This document shows, one piece after another, positions 38,956-52,186 of a DNA stretch of 64,000 nucleotides; positions within the stretch are counted from its first letter, which is position 1; each line of letters begins with the position of its first letter. The position numbers and the translations under genes were made by a program. Location of the stretch: NCBI GenBank assembly GCA_030390025.1, contig CM059431.1, positions 106,022,001 to 106,086,000 on the forward strand. Reading direction: 5' to 3'. The notes beneath the pieces are model-generated. The model made no database searches. It was not told where the DNA came from and saw nothing but the letters and a program-made list of their open reading frames with translations. This stretch comes from Squalus acanthias. Lineage: Eukaryota.

Positions 38956-40639
38956 AATGTTTTTTTTCGTAAGTCAGCACTTGGGAGTCCAGACAGGCAA
39001 TTCAACCATGGGGTCATAACAGCCTATGCCGATCCCATCCTCACCCAAATTCAGTCGGGGACTCTGTGCTCCCTGACTGAAAACACAGAGCTATCAAGTG
39101 TCACTCATCTCAGGTGACAATCCCTCCTATAAAATAAAAACGGTAGCTGATATATTTTCAATAGGTTTGGGATCCGTTTCGCTCTTCCAGATCGTAAAAT
39201 TCACTGTTAACATTAAACCTCACATTGGCAGCCCTGTCCCACTGCTATCCCGATGGAGATCAGCAGCAAAGATTGAACCTGAGATCTTCCTGCATGGCTA
39301 AGTGCCGCACCAGGCAAACACACTTAGCCACTGAGGCGTGAAAGCAGCCCTGAAGCACTTACTTTTCTAATGGGTTTAAATTGCGCTGGGAGATCTTTAG
39401 TAACTAACGCATTGTGTTTCTACGAAATTCCTCTGTCCACTGTTTTAATCATGGCGTTAACCCATTTCGCGAATAGCGCACAGTTTCAACCTCTCAAAGG
39501 TTTCAAATATTATTTTTTTTTATCAAGCCTCTGAGGGCAGGACTTCATGCCACAACAATAATAATATCCTCACCGTCCCGGGAGGTGCAGGGCAGGCCAA
39601 TTTACCTCAAGCCTGGTGACAGCCCAAGACCAGCAGTTCAATCAACTGCTAGTCAGCAATCCAAACATGTTACGGTCCCACCCAGCCAACCTGCTCCCTT
39701 CCCTGAAACCATGTGGTGGGCTCACTGCTGCCAGAACTCAGAGACGCACGAACATCGGAAAGCTAATATAGTGGAAAATTACATTGCTGCCTGCAGTTAC
39801 CACTTGGCAGCTCGGCTGTATCACCTACGACACATAATCCCAATTTGTTCTATCGCCCAGTGTTTTACAACCAAGGAATTGATTCAGGCTTTGAGATCAG
39901 GCTTCCCAAGTCCTGAAGTGAGATTTTCCATTAGTAGAAAGGTAAACACATCTCTTGCATTTGAATTTCCTTGTGATCTGTCTTACTCCCAGTAATGTGC
40001 CATGGTTGACAACACTGTATTGCTCCCCAGCTTACTTATAACATTGCATGTCACATTTTTAATGATGTTTTATATGTCCACTATCAATGTAAGGCTGAAC
40101 AACAGCTCCACGGGCCTTTGCCAACCTTCCCGATTTAAGGAGAGTAATGAAATGCCTCCCGCTCCAACATTACTGCTTTATTCTTCCTTTCCCCATACCG
40201 CACTGTGATCATTTAATAACTACAGCCCCTGCAGAAGTCTCATGTCTTACTATCACGTTCAGTAGAAGCTCCAGTATAGTGTGGAGCTGCTACAATGCTG
40301 AAGCCCAAACAAAATCAGTCAGTATGACAAGCAGCAAAGGGAGGCTTCATGCCATTGCCTAGATGCCAATGCATATGTGATCAGGGACGAGGTAAGCTAA
40401 TTAAGCTTGCCTTGTGCAAGTCGATCTTTCTGACACCTCTTTGTTTCATTTTCTCTTAATAATGAAAAATAAACACTTTTGTTTTTTTCGCCTCTCCTTC
40501 CTTTCTCTTTGGACCTCTCCTTATCCTTTTTCACCCTGTTCACTTGTCCTCCTGATTTGTGATTTTTTTTAAATGCAATGAGGTTCAAACTCTTGTTTTT
40601 CTCTTTACAACCTTTCGGACTTTGCCCCCATTTTTTCAG

Positions 40640-41009
40640 ACGGCAGCTGTTGTTGATGATTCTACTATTCCCATTTACACCTCCTCTAGACCCATCTTTT
40701 GTTTCTTTACTTGTCCCATTACCATCTCCATTTGCCTTGCACCACCATCCCTTTTGTCATTTAATCTCTCCTGCCTTCCACCCTATCACAGACCTTCCCT
40801 TTTGTGCTTTCCTCCCCTCCCCGCTTTCCCAGCTTCTGTACTTGCTTAAAACCTGTTACATCTCTAACTTTTTCCAGTTCTGATAAAAGGTCATCGACCT
40901 GAAACGTTAACTGGGTTTCTCTCTCCACAGATGCTGCCTGACCCGCTGAGCATTTCCAGCATTTTCTGTTTTTATTTCAGATTTCTAGCATCCGTGGTGT
41001 TTTGCTTTA
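40640..41009 (+). mobile_element. PLE family A 3' end with mutated hammerhead
   Basis: ccagtt-CTGATaA-a-aggtc-atc-gacct-GAAA-c-GTT-aactgg (40874-40914): 6-bp stem I, core G8 changed to A. Confidence 0.75.
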
Positions 41010-41599
41010 GCATCCTGTTTTTCCCCACACTGTGCATCAACTGCAGACCGCCGGCTCGACCTACGCCCAATCCTCCACCAGTGTCGCTGTGGGTCTGGCG
41101 CGTGAAGATGTATGAGAGTGAGCTGAAAAAATAATCCTCTCCCCCTCCGTCCCTTGAAATTTCCCCTCCTCCCTGAGGGACAGTACTTGGCCCTTGAACT
41201 GTGGAGCAAAGGCGGATAAATGGAATTGAGGTACAGATAAGCCATGATCTGATTCAGGCTTGAGGGGCTGAATGGCATCAAAATTATGGCAACACAGTAG
41301 ATTGAAAGTGGGGTTCACTACTCCATGGTGTCATATGGTGCACCCATGCCCTGCATCACCAGGCCATCTCCATCTTCTTTTTCCACTTTTATCTAATTTC
41401 ATACCCTCTTTTTCTCAATGTTATTGGCTCATTTACATCCTTTTCCTTTTTCTGTTCTTATCTTCTGCTCTTTTTCACTTCCTCCTGAATCTCCTTACGT
41501 GCCCTGTTCTGTTATTACTTCAACCGCACTGTTTTTACTTCACATGTCTTTCTTTCCAATCTACTCTCACCTTTCTTTCTCAATCGGCATCTGCTATTT

Positions 41600-41872
41600 A
41601 GGGTTGCCAACTTTGGTTGGACATATTCCTGGAGATGTCCTTCAGACCTCCTGACATCAACTGCCCCACCCAGTCGAACAGCCATTTTATTCCCTATCTC
41701 TAATCTTTTTATACCTAATAAAGGAAAGTGTTCAGAGAAAATGTAAAGAACACGTCATTTCTTTTTTAATGCCGCTACGATTTTTCCTCCCGGGATTGGT
41801 CTCAACGGTGCCCAGGAGATTAATCTTCAATTCCAGGAGACTCCAGGGTAATCCTGGAGGGTTGGCAACCCT
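41600..41872. mobile_element. hAT (Blackjack-like) MITE
   Basis: Perfect 12-bp TIR agggttgccaac / gttggcaaccct; no clear TSD. Confidence 0.7.
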
Positions 41873-42291
41873 GGTAATATGTAGGGGAGGGGAGGGGAGG
41901 GTTAATCACGCAGCATTACCTCCCTGAGAGGTGTGGGGGGAGGGAGGGGGGGGGGTGCGGAGGGGGCGGATTATGAATTCTCCCACCCTGCTGTCATAAC
42001 GATATATGAATTCATGAAGATATATGAAATCAATAGCTATGTTGTCTGTTGCTTTGCTATTTACAGGTCAATAACAGGAGAGTGACATTCTTGTAATTTG
42101 ATTCTCTATGATGTCTCATTTTGCAGAGCAGCAATGTTTAGTTTATTTTTTAATGCATTCTGGACGGGCAAAACCTATTAAGTGACAAATACAGTAAGGC
42201 ATTATTTGTGAATGATGTCCGCCTCCCCTAGTCCTTTCAATCCTGCAGTATAAACCTTTCAGTCAGATATCACAGAAAATCTTAACGCTGA

Positions 42292-42782
42292 AATAATAAC
42301 AACAACAACTTGCATTTATTTAGCGCCTTTAGTAAGGCGCTTCACAGGAGCGTTATCAAACAAAATTTTGATGCCAAAACTCATAAGGAGATATTAGGAC
42401 AGGTGACCAAAAGCTCGATCAAAGAGGTAGGTTTTAAGGAGCGTCTTAAAAGGAAGAGAGAGAGGTAGAGAGACGGAGAGGTTTAGGGAGGGAATTCCAG
42501 AGCTTAGGGCCCAGGCAGCTGAAGGCCAATGGTGGGGACTGGAGAAACACAGCGATCTCGGAGGTTTGTAGGGCTGGAGGAGGTTACAGAGATAGGGAGG
42601 GCCGAGGCCGTGGAGGGATTTGAAAGCAAGGATGAGAATTTTAAATTTGAGGCATTGCCAGACCTCCGGTGAAGCCACTGCAGGCCAGTGAGCACGGGGG
42701 GTGGGGGGGCGGGCGGGGGAGGTGATGGGTGGACAGGACTTGGTGCGAGTTAGGATACAGGCAGCAGAATTTTGGATGAGCA
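42292..42782 (-). mobile_element. L2 3' fragment
   Basis: FKILILAFKSLHGLGPPYLCNLL on the minus strand; (aac)n tail. Confidence 0.85.
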
Positions 42783-42845
42783 GAATTAATCGATTGAATA
42801 AATACGTCTGGTTTCTACAATTTTTCTGTCATGACAGTCCATCAA

Positions 42846-42846
<1 letters not shown>

Positions 42847-42878
<32 letters not shown>
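42847..42878. repeat. (CA)n microsatellite
   Basis: Seen directly. Confidence 0.95.
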
Positions 42879-42882
<4 letters not shown>

Positions 42883-44690
42883 TATTCTGGCACTAACACT
42901 CGGCATCTTACGTTGACTTGGCTTGCAGCTCCTGCTCTTCATATTGACATTATTAAATTGGAGGAATATATTGCACAAACATGTGGTAGAAAAGGAACAG
43001 CAACAGTAGGAGACTCCTGAAAAGACTATGCAAATCTCAGGCTTTCGCATAATGATAAATCTTGCCCCATATCGGCAGAGGAATTGCTCCATGCTGAATT
43101 GAGGCTGCATTTTTTTTTAAAAAAGGAGAAACCCTTGATAAATCAATCTCCACAATAAAAAAAGCATTCTAACAAACAGAAATGTAATTTGCTGCGTGCT
43201 TGTTTAAACAGCTGACTGGAGTGTTTATTATGCTTGATTGCTGCCCTTCAGCAACACTTAATACCTTTTTTCAATGAGCTGTCATCTCCGCAGCTACCGG
43301 ATGAGTAAGTTCAGATCATATAAGATCTGACATCGGCAAAATCTCAACCGCAAAACAATTTTATGTAGCGTCGGAGCTCGCATTTAATTTGGAATGACAA
43401 CTGTGTACCACAGCGTGTGTGTGAGATAGCTTCTGAAGCCCACACAACCTCTCCCCAGACTGCAGATGGAGCTGTTGGAGTAAATTTAACACCACTTCGC
43501 AACGACAATTAAAATTTCATGGCAGTAATAGGCAGCAACAGCGCTGCGCTTCCTCCCCACTCCTGTGTTATTTACTCTGGGGGAGGAGCGGGAAAACAGG
43601 TTTTCACAAACATCACAAGCAAGTAAAAAAAAATTGCTGTTTACCGTGTTAAAATTGAATAGTACCAAAACTGGTTGAGTAAATAAAAATGACAGTGGGA
43701 GGGAGGGAGGGAGGAGGGGGGGATATGAAGATATCTGTTACTGTTTGTTCGTCGACAAGCAAGACCATTAAATGGTCATTATATCAAGAATAATTTAATT
43801 GTTAGGCTAAAGCTACTGGATAATTAGGATCCCCTTTGAACACCAAGTGAATATTGCATGCTGTGTTAATATACTTTATTAGCCACAGAGGGACCACAAA
43901 AGTTATTAACTTGTTCATATAAAGCTCTTAAGAGGGGCAAAAGAGATTCCAAACATTTGGCATTAAGCAGCAGTTCTGCATTGTTTCAAGCACTAGCAGT
44001 CAAAAAGATGATTATCAGTTCAACACAGACATGTCATTAAGAACCACCCAAAGATTTGGTCAAGTGGTACCAGACATATCATTTTCTGGGGTGTATAGCT
44101 GTGGTACTAGAGTCGAATTGTAGGCGCCATTCAGTGTCACTCACAAGTGAGGAGTCTGAATGCTTCTGCTGTGCGATATAACCTTGTAGTAGTAGTAGTA
44201 TATTTTTCATCTGTAAGTTAAAGAAAGAAATCAATATATCTTACCGAAAGAAAAATCATTTTTGGCAGTTAACAAACGGTCAAGTTCGTGAAGGCATTCA
44301 GTACTCAAAAGGATCTGTGCAGTTTCATTTCCGTGATGTGTGCCAGTGGTAAAACACTTGCTTTGGGTGTTTGTTTAACTGCAATGTTAAGTAAACCTCT
44401 TTCATAAAGCAAGAGTGTATCGGCATTTTGTTTGGAAACTGTACACTCTCAGTAATTACAAATCCTGAATCCATTTCCCTATTTAGGAAGATTATCTACA
44501 TTATTGGGCAAAATACGCTCATCAAAAGAAAAAAAAAACAAATACCGAGTGACTGATGGACAGAGGCAGAAGCAGAGAAAGAGAGAAAGCACCATGAGTG
44601 GAGAGAATGAGAGCGAGAGAGAGCGAGAGAGAGAGAGACATAGTTGGAGAGAAAGAGAAGGAGCTAACTGCTAAACTAAGATTAGTTCCT

Positions 44691-44910
44691 AACAACAGAA
44701 ACTGCTGGAAACACTCAGCAGGTCAGGCAGCATCGAGGAGAGAGAAACAGAGTCAGCGTTTCGAGTCGGGGACCCTTCGTCAGAATGAAGTGTCCCCGAC
44801 TCGAAACGTTGACTCTGTTTCTCTCTCCTCGATGCTGCCTGACCTGCTAAGTGTTTCCAGCAGTTTCTGTTGTTATTTCAGATTTCCAGCATCCGCAGTA
44901 TTTTGCTATG
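44691..44910. mobile_element. Palindromic PLE family A element
   Basis: ~91-bp inverted arms (44690-44780 / 44785-44875) plus a right-hand tail; probable TSD attagttcctaa (44681) / attatttcctaa (44913); hammerhead-like core on the minus arm. Confidence 0.8.
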
Positions 44911-44964
44911 ATATTATTTCCTAATACATCTGCAAGTGTGCAGGGTATTGAGGTAAAAGATTAC

Positions 44965-45753
44965 GGGCTGGATTTTATCAATGGAGACGTGCTGGAGGCG
45001 GGACTGCTGGTTTCCGGGTTTTAGTCCCGCCCCCAGTGACATCTGACCAACCCACTCTATTTTCCCTTGATTGGCCTTGTTAAGTCTGCCCTGTGGGCTT
45101 ACCGGCCAATTAAGGGAAAGCCGGTGACAGATGACGCCAGCGTATGACGCCTCATCTGTCGAAATTTTTTTGACAGATGAATTGTGAGCGCTTGACAGGC
45201 TCACCAAGACCCCTCTCCTCAGCAGAAATCAGATGGCTGCTGCATCTGAGAATGCAGCAGCCATTCTGTCATCTCTGCCGTTGAGATGAGGCACCTCCGG
45301 ATCCTCAAAGGTTGAAGCCTGCCGAAAGAAGCAAAGGTAAGGAAACTTTTTCCAATACGTTATGCTCACCTCTCATACTTACCTGTCCACACTTGCACCC
45401 ATCACTCACCTCTACAGCTGACATTTCGACCCCTCTCACCCCTGCAGACCCACTGCTCGCCTCGCTGACCCTGGCGAGGTTCACAGACGTCGGGAAGCCC
45501 GCATCAGCAGGCGTAAAATGGGGAAAAGCCTCTTAACTGCCTGTTAGTTACCTGTTAACAGGCAGTTAATTGGCTCTAATCCCCTTCCCGCCTCGAGGAG
45601 ATGGGTCCCTGCGCAAGTCGGGGACCCGCCTCCCAGAAAGATGGTTCGGAGGCGGGTTGGGAGCGGGGTTGGGGCCCGCTCCCAATTTTTCCCCCGTATT
45701 CCCAGCAGTCCCGCCTCCAAACCCGACTCCTCAGGGCTGGTAAAATCCAGCCC
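44965..45753. mobile_element. PIF/Harbinger-like MITE
   Basis: Perfect 13-bp TIR gggctggatttta / taaaatccagccc with 3-bp TSD TAC. Confidence 0.8.
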
Positions 45754-46244
45754 TACACTTCAGAAGACAAAAAGCTGAAGCATCTGAGACAAGCACACAG
45801 TACTAAATACTGGCAGCGGTACCGAAGATTTATTTTTTGATTACTGGTTTTAGATAAGCTTGTGCCAACGAGAGGGGCAAGTAAAAAAGGTAAAGGAAGC
45901 TGGAGGGATGTGGATGATTAAGGAAATAGAGATGTGGTGGACAGGCACAAGGTATTCGATACCATCGGCTGCCCAATTAGATTCAGTAATTCTATTACGA
46001 CTGAGAAAGAACATCACTCCACCATTGGCTGCCGTGGCTTCAGCTACAGGTTCACGTGATCTGCAAGAGTCAGAGGCAGAGTTTGTGTTCCCTCACTCGG
46101 TAAGTGTGGGATGAAATGGTCTTGTTTAACGTCAGTGCGCAACGCTTCAGGTCAGACAGTCCATTTAGTCTTTTCATTGCAACGGAGAGTGAAATCAATT
46201 CAAACAAATGCTGGGTGCCGTGAACCAGACAGAATGGCGAGGGA

Positions 46245-46455
46245 CACAAAAGCAAAATACTGCGGATGCTGGAAATCTGAAATAAAAAGAGAAAATGCTG
46301 GAAATACCCAGCAGGTCAGGCAGCACCCGTGGAGAGAGAAACAGAGTTTAACGTTTCAGGTCGATGACCCTTCATCTGACGAAGGGTCATCGACCTGAAA
46401 CGTTAACTCTGTTTCTCTCTCCACGGGTGCTGCCTGACCTGCTGGGTATTTCCAG
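46245..46455. mobile_element. Palindromic PLE family A element
   Basis: ~79-bp inverted arms (46298-46376 / 46378-46455) plus a left-hand tail; probable TSD cagaatggcgaggga (46230) / cagaatgaagaggga (46453); CTGACGA...GAAACGTT at 46376-46404. Confidence 0.8.
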
Positions 46456-49015
46456 AATGAAGAGGGAGTTATTTTGCACCAGCCAGACGTAGAATGTTGC
46501 TAAAACCCTTTCTATCGCTCTCCCACCTGCACCACCTTTTCTCTGAACATGGTGGGGGTAGATTTTTCGCTCTGGGTGCAATCGGGAAATTGCGTCCAAA
46601 ATGCGCTTGGAATTGTGCTGCTGCGGTTACGGGTTTCTGCTGTAATTCATCTGTCTAATCGCACACGAACAATCCTCCATGAACCAGCGCAATGGGGCAG
46701 AAGATAATTGTTTCTTTTTTTCGCTCTCGCCGTTTCAAAGTATTCCTCGATGTGTTTAAGAGCGGTAACCTGGTGCAGTTTTATTAATGCAGCTGAAAAT
46801 GGGTTTATCACCAAAAAATAAGCATTTTTAATCAGGGTGTCCAGTCCTCTGCCTGTGAGTAACTTGATTTAAAATCACTGAAAACTACTTAAAAAAACGA
46901 TACTGAACCATTTAATAGTTTAATTGGTGTACACTAGTCCGTTTCTTAGTAAATTAAACATGTTTTGATGTAAAAAGACATTTAAAATGTGTCGACTGGT
47001 GCCTGTGCCCCGAAGACAATGAGCGCGATTTGAAGAGCCTTCCCGAACCAGCTTGATCGACGGAATCTCGCAACGTCCACCTGGGGGGGGGGGGGGGGGG
47101 GGGCGCGGCCAGTTTTGTGGGCGGGGCCTGATCTGGGAGAATCGAATCTTGAACCAGCGTGAAAGATCGCGGGAAATGAGCGCGAGTGGTTTTGGGCGTA
47201 GCTCATTGACGTTTTAAAGTTCCCCGATCCTGCGCGCTAGTTCGGCCAATTCCGCCCACATTGCGCTGACATAACTGGTGGAAACAAACGGAAGCGCGAC
47301 CCTCTTTGGTTTGACAACCAATTTGGAGTCGTTCATCCAGCAAATAAACCACTGATGCCAGGCAAGAGTAGCCCAAATAAGGCAAGTTAAAAAAAAAAGA
47401 AATGGCACCCACGGCAAAAACAAAGAGCGTTGACTTTCGAAGAGTTAAAGGACACAATTAGTTTGCACCGATGAGCTGATTTACAGTTGGGTTGGACAAC
47501 AAATCTTAGCTTGTTTTTAAACGGGGAACAAACAAAAAAGGTTTGCCCAGTGGGCTGCTGAATAAAGCATCATTGTGGACAGCTGAGGAGGAGATTGTGT
47601 ACTTGATCTTTTTTCAGTACTGTCAGCGCCAGTCAGTACTATCACAGCTTCACGCTCTGCACATCACCAATGCTAAATATCACCATTCAGACACTTTTGC
47701 CTTGTCAGAATTGCAATTTAATTCCTGAGGAGCTCGCTGACTGACCTCTCAAAATCCCGAAGCCTTTGATCAAAACGCAAGTGAAATGCAATAAATGGGG
47801 GAACGAGATGGTAGCTAAGCATTAATTGGGGGATGACAACACAAAGTAGCAGAGAGAGTTAATCAATGCACCCAATTCTGCGCCATTATCCTAGAGGAAC
47901 TGCAAACACCATGACATAGAGGCAGCTTTCCCCACCTCAACAAATGCCCCCAAATAGACCACGCAAAGTCCTTCTCCATTTTTGCATGTTACTTAGGATG
48001 GGACGGTGGGGGGGGTGGGGGGGGGGGGGGGGGGAGGAGGAGGGGGGGGGGGTGGCGGTTGGGGGCGGGGGAATGATGATCACAAACTATCTCCTGTTCT
48101 TCGACATGGATACAAAACGACAGGCTTCAGTTCGAGGCTTTCTGAAGCTGTCATTTCTAAAGTAGCCATTTCTGCTCCAGAACAAAGGACACTTTGCCAT
48201 CCTTCGAAATGATGCTAATCTTTCGGGACATGCCTTTTCAAAAAAAAAGATGAAATCACCATCGGAGTAGAGCACTGTTCACCCTCCACAGAGAAAATGA
48301 CCTCGGAATGGGAATCTTATCAAGACAAACAGATCTTTTGTGCATTCAGTATTACATTTAAAGCAAAAAGAAGGCAATTTGAGGTCTTGCTTGACAGCGC
48401 TGAACGCACTGCTGTTGATCCCATGCTGTGTGAGTGGCTGAAAATTACTGAATGTGGATAAACTAATAGTGCAGAGGTTACAAATGGACCCTTGCACCCG
48501 TTCCATGTAGCTTAGTCGCAGAACCGATCTACCTGTCATAACAATGCTTTGCACACAAAGATAAACACTTGTTGAAAGCACTTCACTCCTTAGGGGACAT
48601 ACTTAGCATCGTCAGGGCATGAGACAAGGCTATCGGTATGGTAACCACCATAGCCCCCCCCCCCCCCCGCCAATATTTAAATGCTATGGAGTTTATTATT
48701 CCCACTAGAGCTCACTGCCCAACAAATGAAGCCATTATCCACCATTTTACGCTGATCCAATCTGTCGATATTGTAAATGCAAAAAAAATCTTCACAGTAA
48801 GTGCAGTTAATCAGGAAATGTTCAGACAGAGGAGCACAGGCAACCGAGATTGGGATTCCATAAAGGACTTGTCTGAATACACCATGGGTTTTTTAATGCT
48901 ATGCTAGCCAACCACAGTGGTGATATTGTTCTGGTCCTTATGTAATTGGCAGATTTCCTGAATCTATGCAAGCTTTATTGCAAGTTCCACTACTTAGTCA
49001 AACGTGAAGCCTATT

Positions 49016-49490
49016 AAAAAAAGAAAGACTTGCATTTCTATAGCGTCTTTCATAACCACCGTACATCCCAAAGCACTTTACAGCCAATGAAGTATTTTTT
49101 GGAGTGCAGTCACTGTTGTGATGTAGGAAAGGCGGCAGCTGATTTGCACACAGCAAGCTCTCACAAACAGCAATGTGATAATGACCAGATAATCTGTTTT
49201 AGTGATGTTGATTGAAGGATAAATATTGGCCCCAGGACACCGGGGATAACTCCCCCTGCTCTTCTTCGAAATAGTGCCATAGGATCTTTAACATCCACCT
49301 GAGAGAGCAGACGGGGCCTCGGTTTAATGTCTCATGGGAAAAAAAGCACCTCTGACAGTGCAGCACTCTCTCAGTACTGCACTGGGAGTGTCAGCCTAGA
49401 TTATGTGCTCAAGTCTCTGGAGTGGGATTTGAACCCACAACCTTCTGACTCAGAGGTGAGGGTGCTACCCACTGAGCCACGGCTGATACA
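49016..49490 (-). mobile_element. SacSINE1/DeuSINE-like SINE, full length
   Basis: A and B boxes, Deu-like core, tail. Confidence 0.85.
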
Positions 49491-49703
49491 TTAATGGGCG
49501 ATACATAAAGGAAGATGTAGAATCTGGATCAAAGCCGTCATGGTCCACAAGTCTAATACCATCAATATATATTGCATTTCTCTGCCGCTTTCCCCACATC
49601 AAACAATTCATTTATTGGGGATGACTCATTATCATCAGAGAACTTTACCGCCATAAATTTTTTTTGAAGACAAAGAAATAAATTTTATTTGCTCATTGCG
49701 TGA

Positions 49704-50222
49704 TGGCATATTTTCCACTTGCCTGGATGAGTGCAGCTCCAACAACACTCAAGAAGCTCGACACCATCCAGGACAAAGCAGCCTGCTTGATTGGCACCTC
49801 ATCCACCACCTTAAACATTCACTCCCTCCACCACCGGCACACCGTGGCTGCAGTGTGTACCATCTACAAGATGCACTGCAGCAACTCGCCAAGGCTTCTT
49901 CGGCAGCACCTCCCAAACCCGCGACCTCTTCCACCTAGAAGGACAAGGGCAGCAGGCGCAGGGGAACACCACCACCTCCAAGATCCCCTCCAAGTCACAC
50001 ACCATCCTGACTTGGAAATATATCGCCATTTCCTTCATCGTCATTGAGTCAAAATCCTGGAACTCCCTACCTAACAGCACTGTGGGAGTACCTTCACCTC
50101 ACGGACTACAACGGTTCAAGAAGGCGGCTCATCACCACCTTCTCGAGGGCAATTAGGGATGGGCAATAAATGCTAGCTTTGCCAGCGACACCCACATCTC
50201 ATGAATGAACAAATTTTAAAAA
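49704..50222 (+). mobile_element. LINE 3' fragment (family of 23536)
   Basis: YFPLAWMSAAPTTLKKLDTIQDKAACLIG...HSLHHRHTVAAVCTIYKMH. Confidence 0.8.
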
Positions 50223-50377
50223 ATACCCACGTTTAATTTTACCGATGGTTACAGGTATAGGACCAGCTTATGCTTTAGTCTGTTTGTGTTAGCCACAGAG
50301 GCAGAGCAAAGGAACTCTGGTTCATGACCATATGCTCTGGCTCTGATAGTTACGTTTTAAGTGTACAGCTTAATTCA

Positions 50378-50920
50378 AGAATCATAGAAATTTACGGCAC
50401 AGAAGGAGGCCATTCGGCCCATCGTGTCTGCACCGGTCGAAAAAGAGCTATCCACCCTAATCCCACTTCCCAGCTCTTGGTAGCCTTGCAGGTTACAGCT
50501 CTTCAAGTGCATATGCACATACTTTATAAATGTGATCAGGGTTTCTGCCTCTACCACCCTTTCAGGCAGTGAGTTCCAGACCCCCACCACCCTCTGGGTG
50601 AAAAAAGTTCTTCTCAACTCCCCTCTAAACCTTCTACCAATTACTTTAAATCTATGCCCCCTGGTTATTGACCTCTCTGCTAAGGGAAATAGGTCTTTCC
50701 TATCCACTCTATCTAGGCCCCTCATAATTTTATACACCTCAGTTAGGTCTCCCCTCAGCCTCCTCTGTTTCAAAGAAAACAACCTCAGCCTCTCCAATCT
50801 TTCCTCATAGCTAAAATTCTCCAGTCCTGGCAACATCCTCGCAAATCTCCTCTGTACCCTCTCTAGTGCAATCACATCTTTCCTGTAATGTGGTGACCAG
50901 AACTGTGCGCAGCACTCTAA
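50378..50920 (-). mobile_element. CR1 LINE 3' fragment
   Basis: ALERVQRRFARMLPGL...FFTQRVVGVWNSLP. Confidence 0.9.
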
Positions 50921-51035
50921 CCTTCAGTAGAGGAAAAAATAATTTTCCTTTAAAAACATAATTATATTGCCCCATTGCATCAAAGCATAATTAAGCAGCA
51001 GTAGGAGATACAAGCTTAAGTGTTCATTGTACATC

Positions 51036-51222
51036 AACAACAACTTGCATTTGTATAGCGCCTTTAACGTAGTAAAACGTCCCAAGGCGCTTCACAAGAA
51101 GCGTTATCAAACAAACTCTGACACCGAGCCACATAAGGAGATATTAAGACAGGTGACCAAAAGCTTGTTCAAAGAGGCAGGTTGTAAGGAGCGTCTTAAA
51201 GGAGGAAAGAGAGGCGGAGAGG
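51036..51222 (-). mobile_element. L2 3' tail
   Basis: Same truncation point as the 21770 copy. Confidence 0.8.
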
Positions 51223-51297
51223 TTATTTTTATCTTCACTGCAGAAAGATATTAAGTCTGCACAGTGGAATGATTAACATTCATTATATAATACAATG

Positions 51298-51299
<2 letters not shown>

Positions 51300-51337
<38 letters not shown>
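51300..51337. repeat. (TA)n microsatellite
   Basis: Seen directly. Confidence 0.9.
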
Positions 51338-51344
<7 letters not shown>

Positions 51345-51841
51345 ATCAGTGTTAGTTAATTTTGCTGTTCATTAAATAGATAACTAAATAAATAACAGAC
51401 ATAAGGTGGATTAGTGATGGTACCATCGCCTGGCACTGCCCATTGGTGAGACGGCCTGTGATGTCTGCATATCCGTGTATTAAATGGACGCCGAATTGTT
51501 ACCACCTAAACCCCTCACACACATCATTAACTCAGGATTCTGTCTGAGAACATGTGTGAATACCAAGAACCAGAATCTGTACATTCAACGATAGCGGCCA
51601 AAAGTAATCTCTTCTGAGGCAGAATGTGTGAGGATCAGAGAAGGAGAGAGAGTACTGTACCAGTGCATTTTTTTAACAAGTCTCAAGACTCCTTGATGCT
51701 CAAGATTAATGATTTTTTTTTACATGCGTGAAAGAATTCACCAACAATGTTCCATTTATTAGCGCAGTGCTTTCTGCTTCAAAGCACATTTTAGGAATGT
51801 ATCACATGTAGCAGCCTTTTAAGTGATAACTAACTGTTTTT

Positions 51842-52003
51842 AGATGTTATTTTTTTCTTCACTGCAATAATTTATTTACTTGGTCGACAGAAAAATAACT
51901 AATGCTGATTTATATATATATAGCATTTTATTATGTAATGAATGATCCTCATTCTACTGTGCAGACTTGATAACTTTCTGCAGTGAAGATAAAAATAACA
52001 TCT
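51842..52003. mobile_element. Small AT-rich TIR element (MITE-like)
   Basis: 25-bp TIRs agatgttatttttttcttcactgca / tgcagtgaagataaaaataacatct (1 mismatch); inverted partial homologues at 51221-51360 and 21960-22075. Confidence 0.6.
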
Positions 52004-52186
52004 GAGTAGTTCCCTATCCCGTAATGCCCAGCACCAGAAAATGACTTGCAGATTGCAAATAAACAGCATTGTGTCTCATATTATTTTTACTCTTTCATTA
52101 AATATTTATGGTAATACATTTTACTAGACTAAGCAGAATTGTACTTATTATGATAATAGTTCCACAAGTTTTCAAAACGTCTCCAG

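Noticed and set aside
48006..48070. Gly-rich ORFs or a functional G-quadruplex
   Set aside because: Low-complexity G runs, prone to sequencing error, with no independent support.
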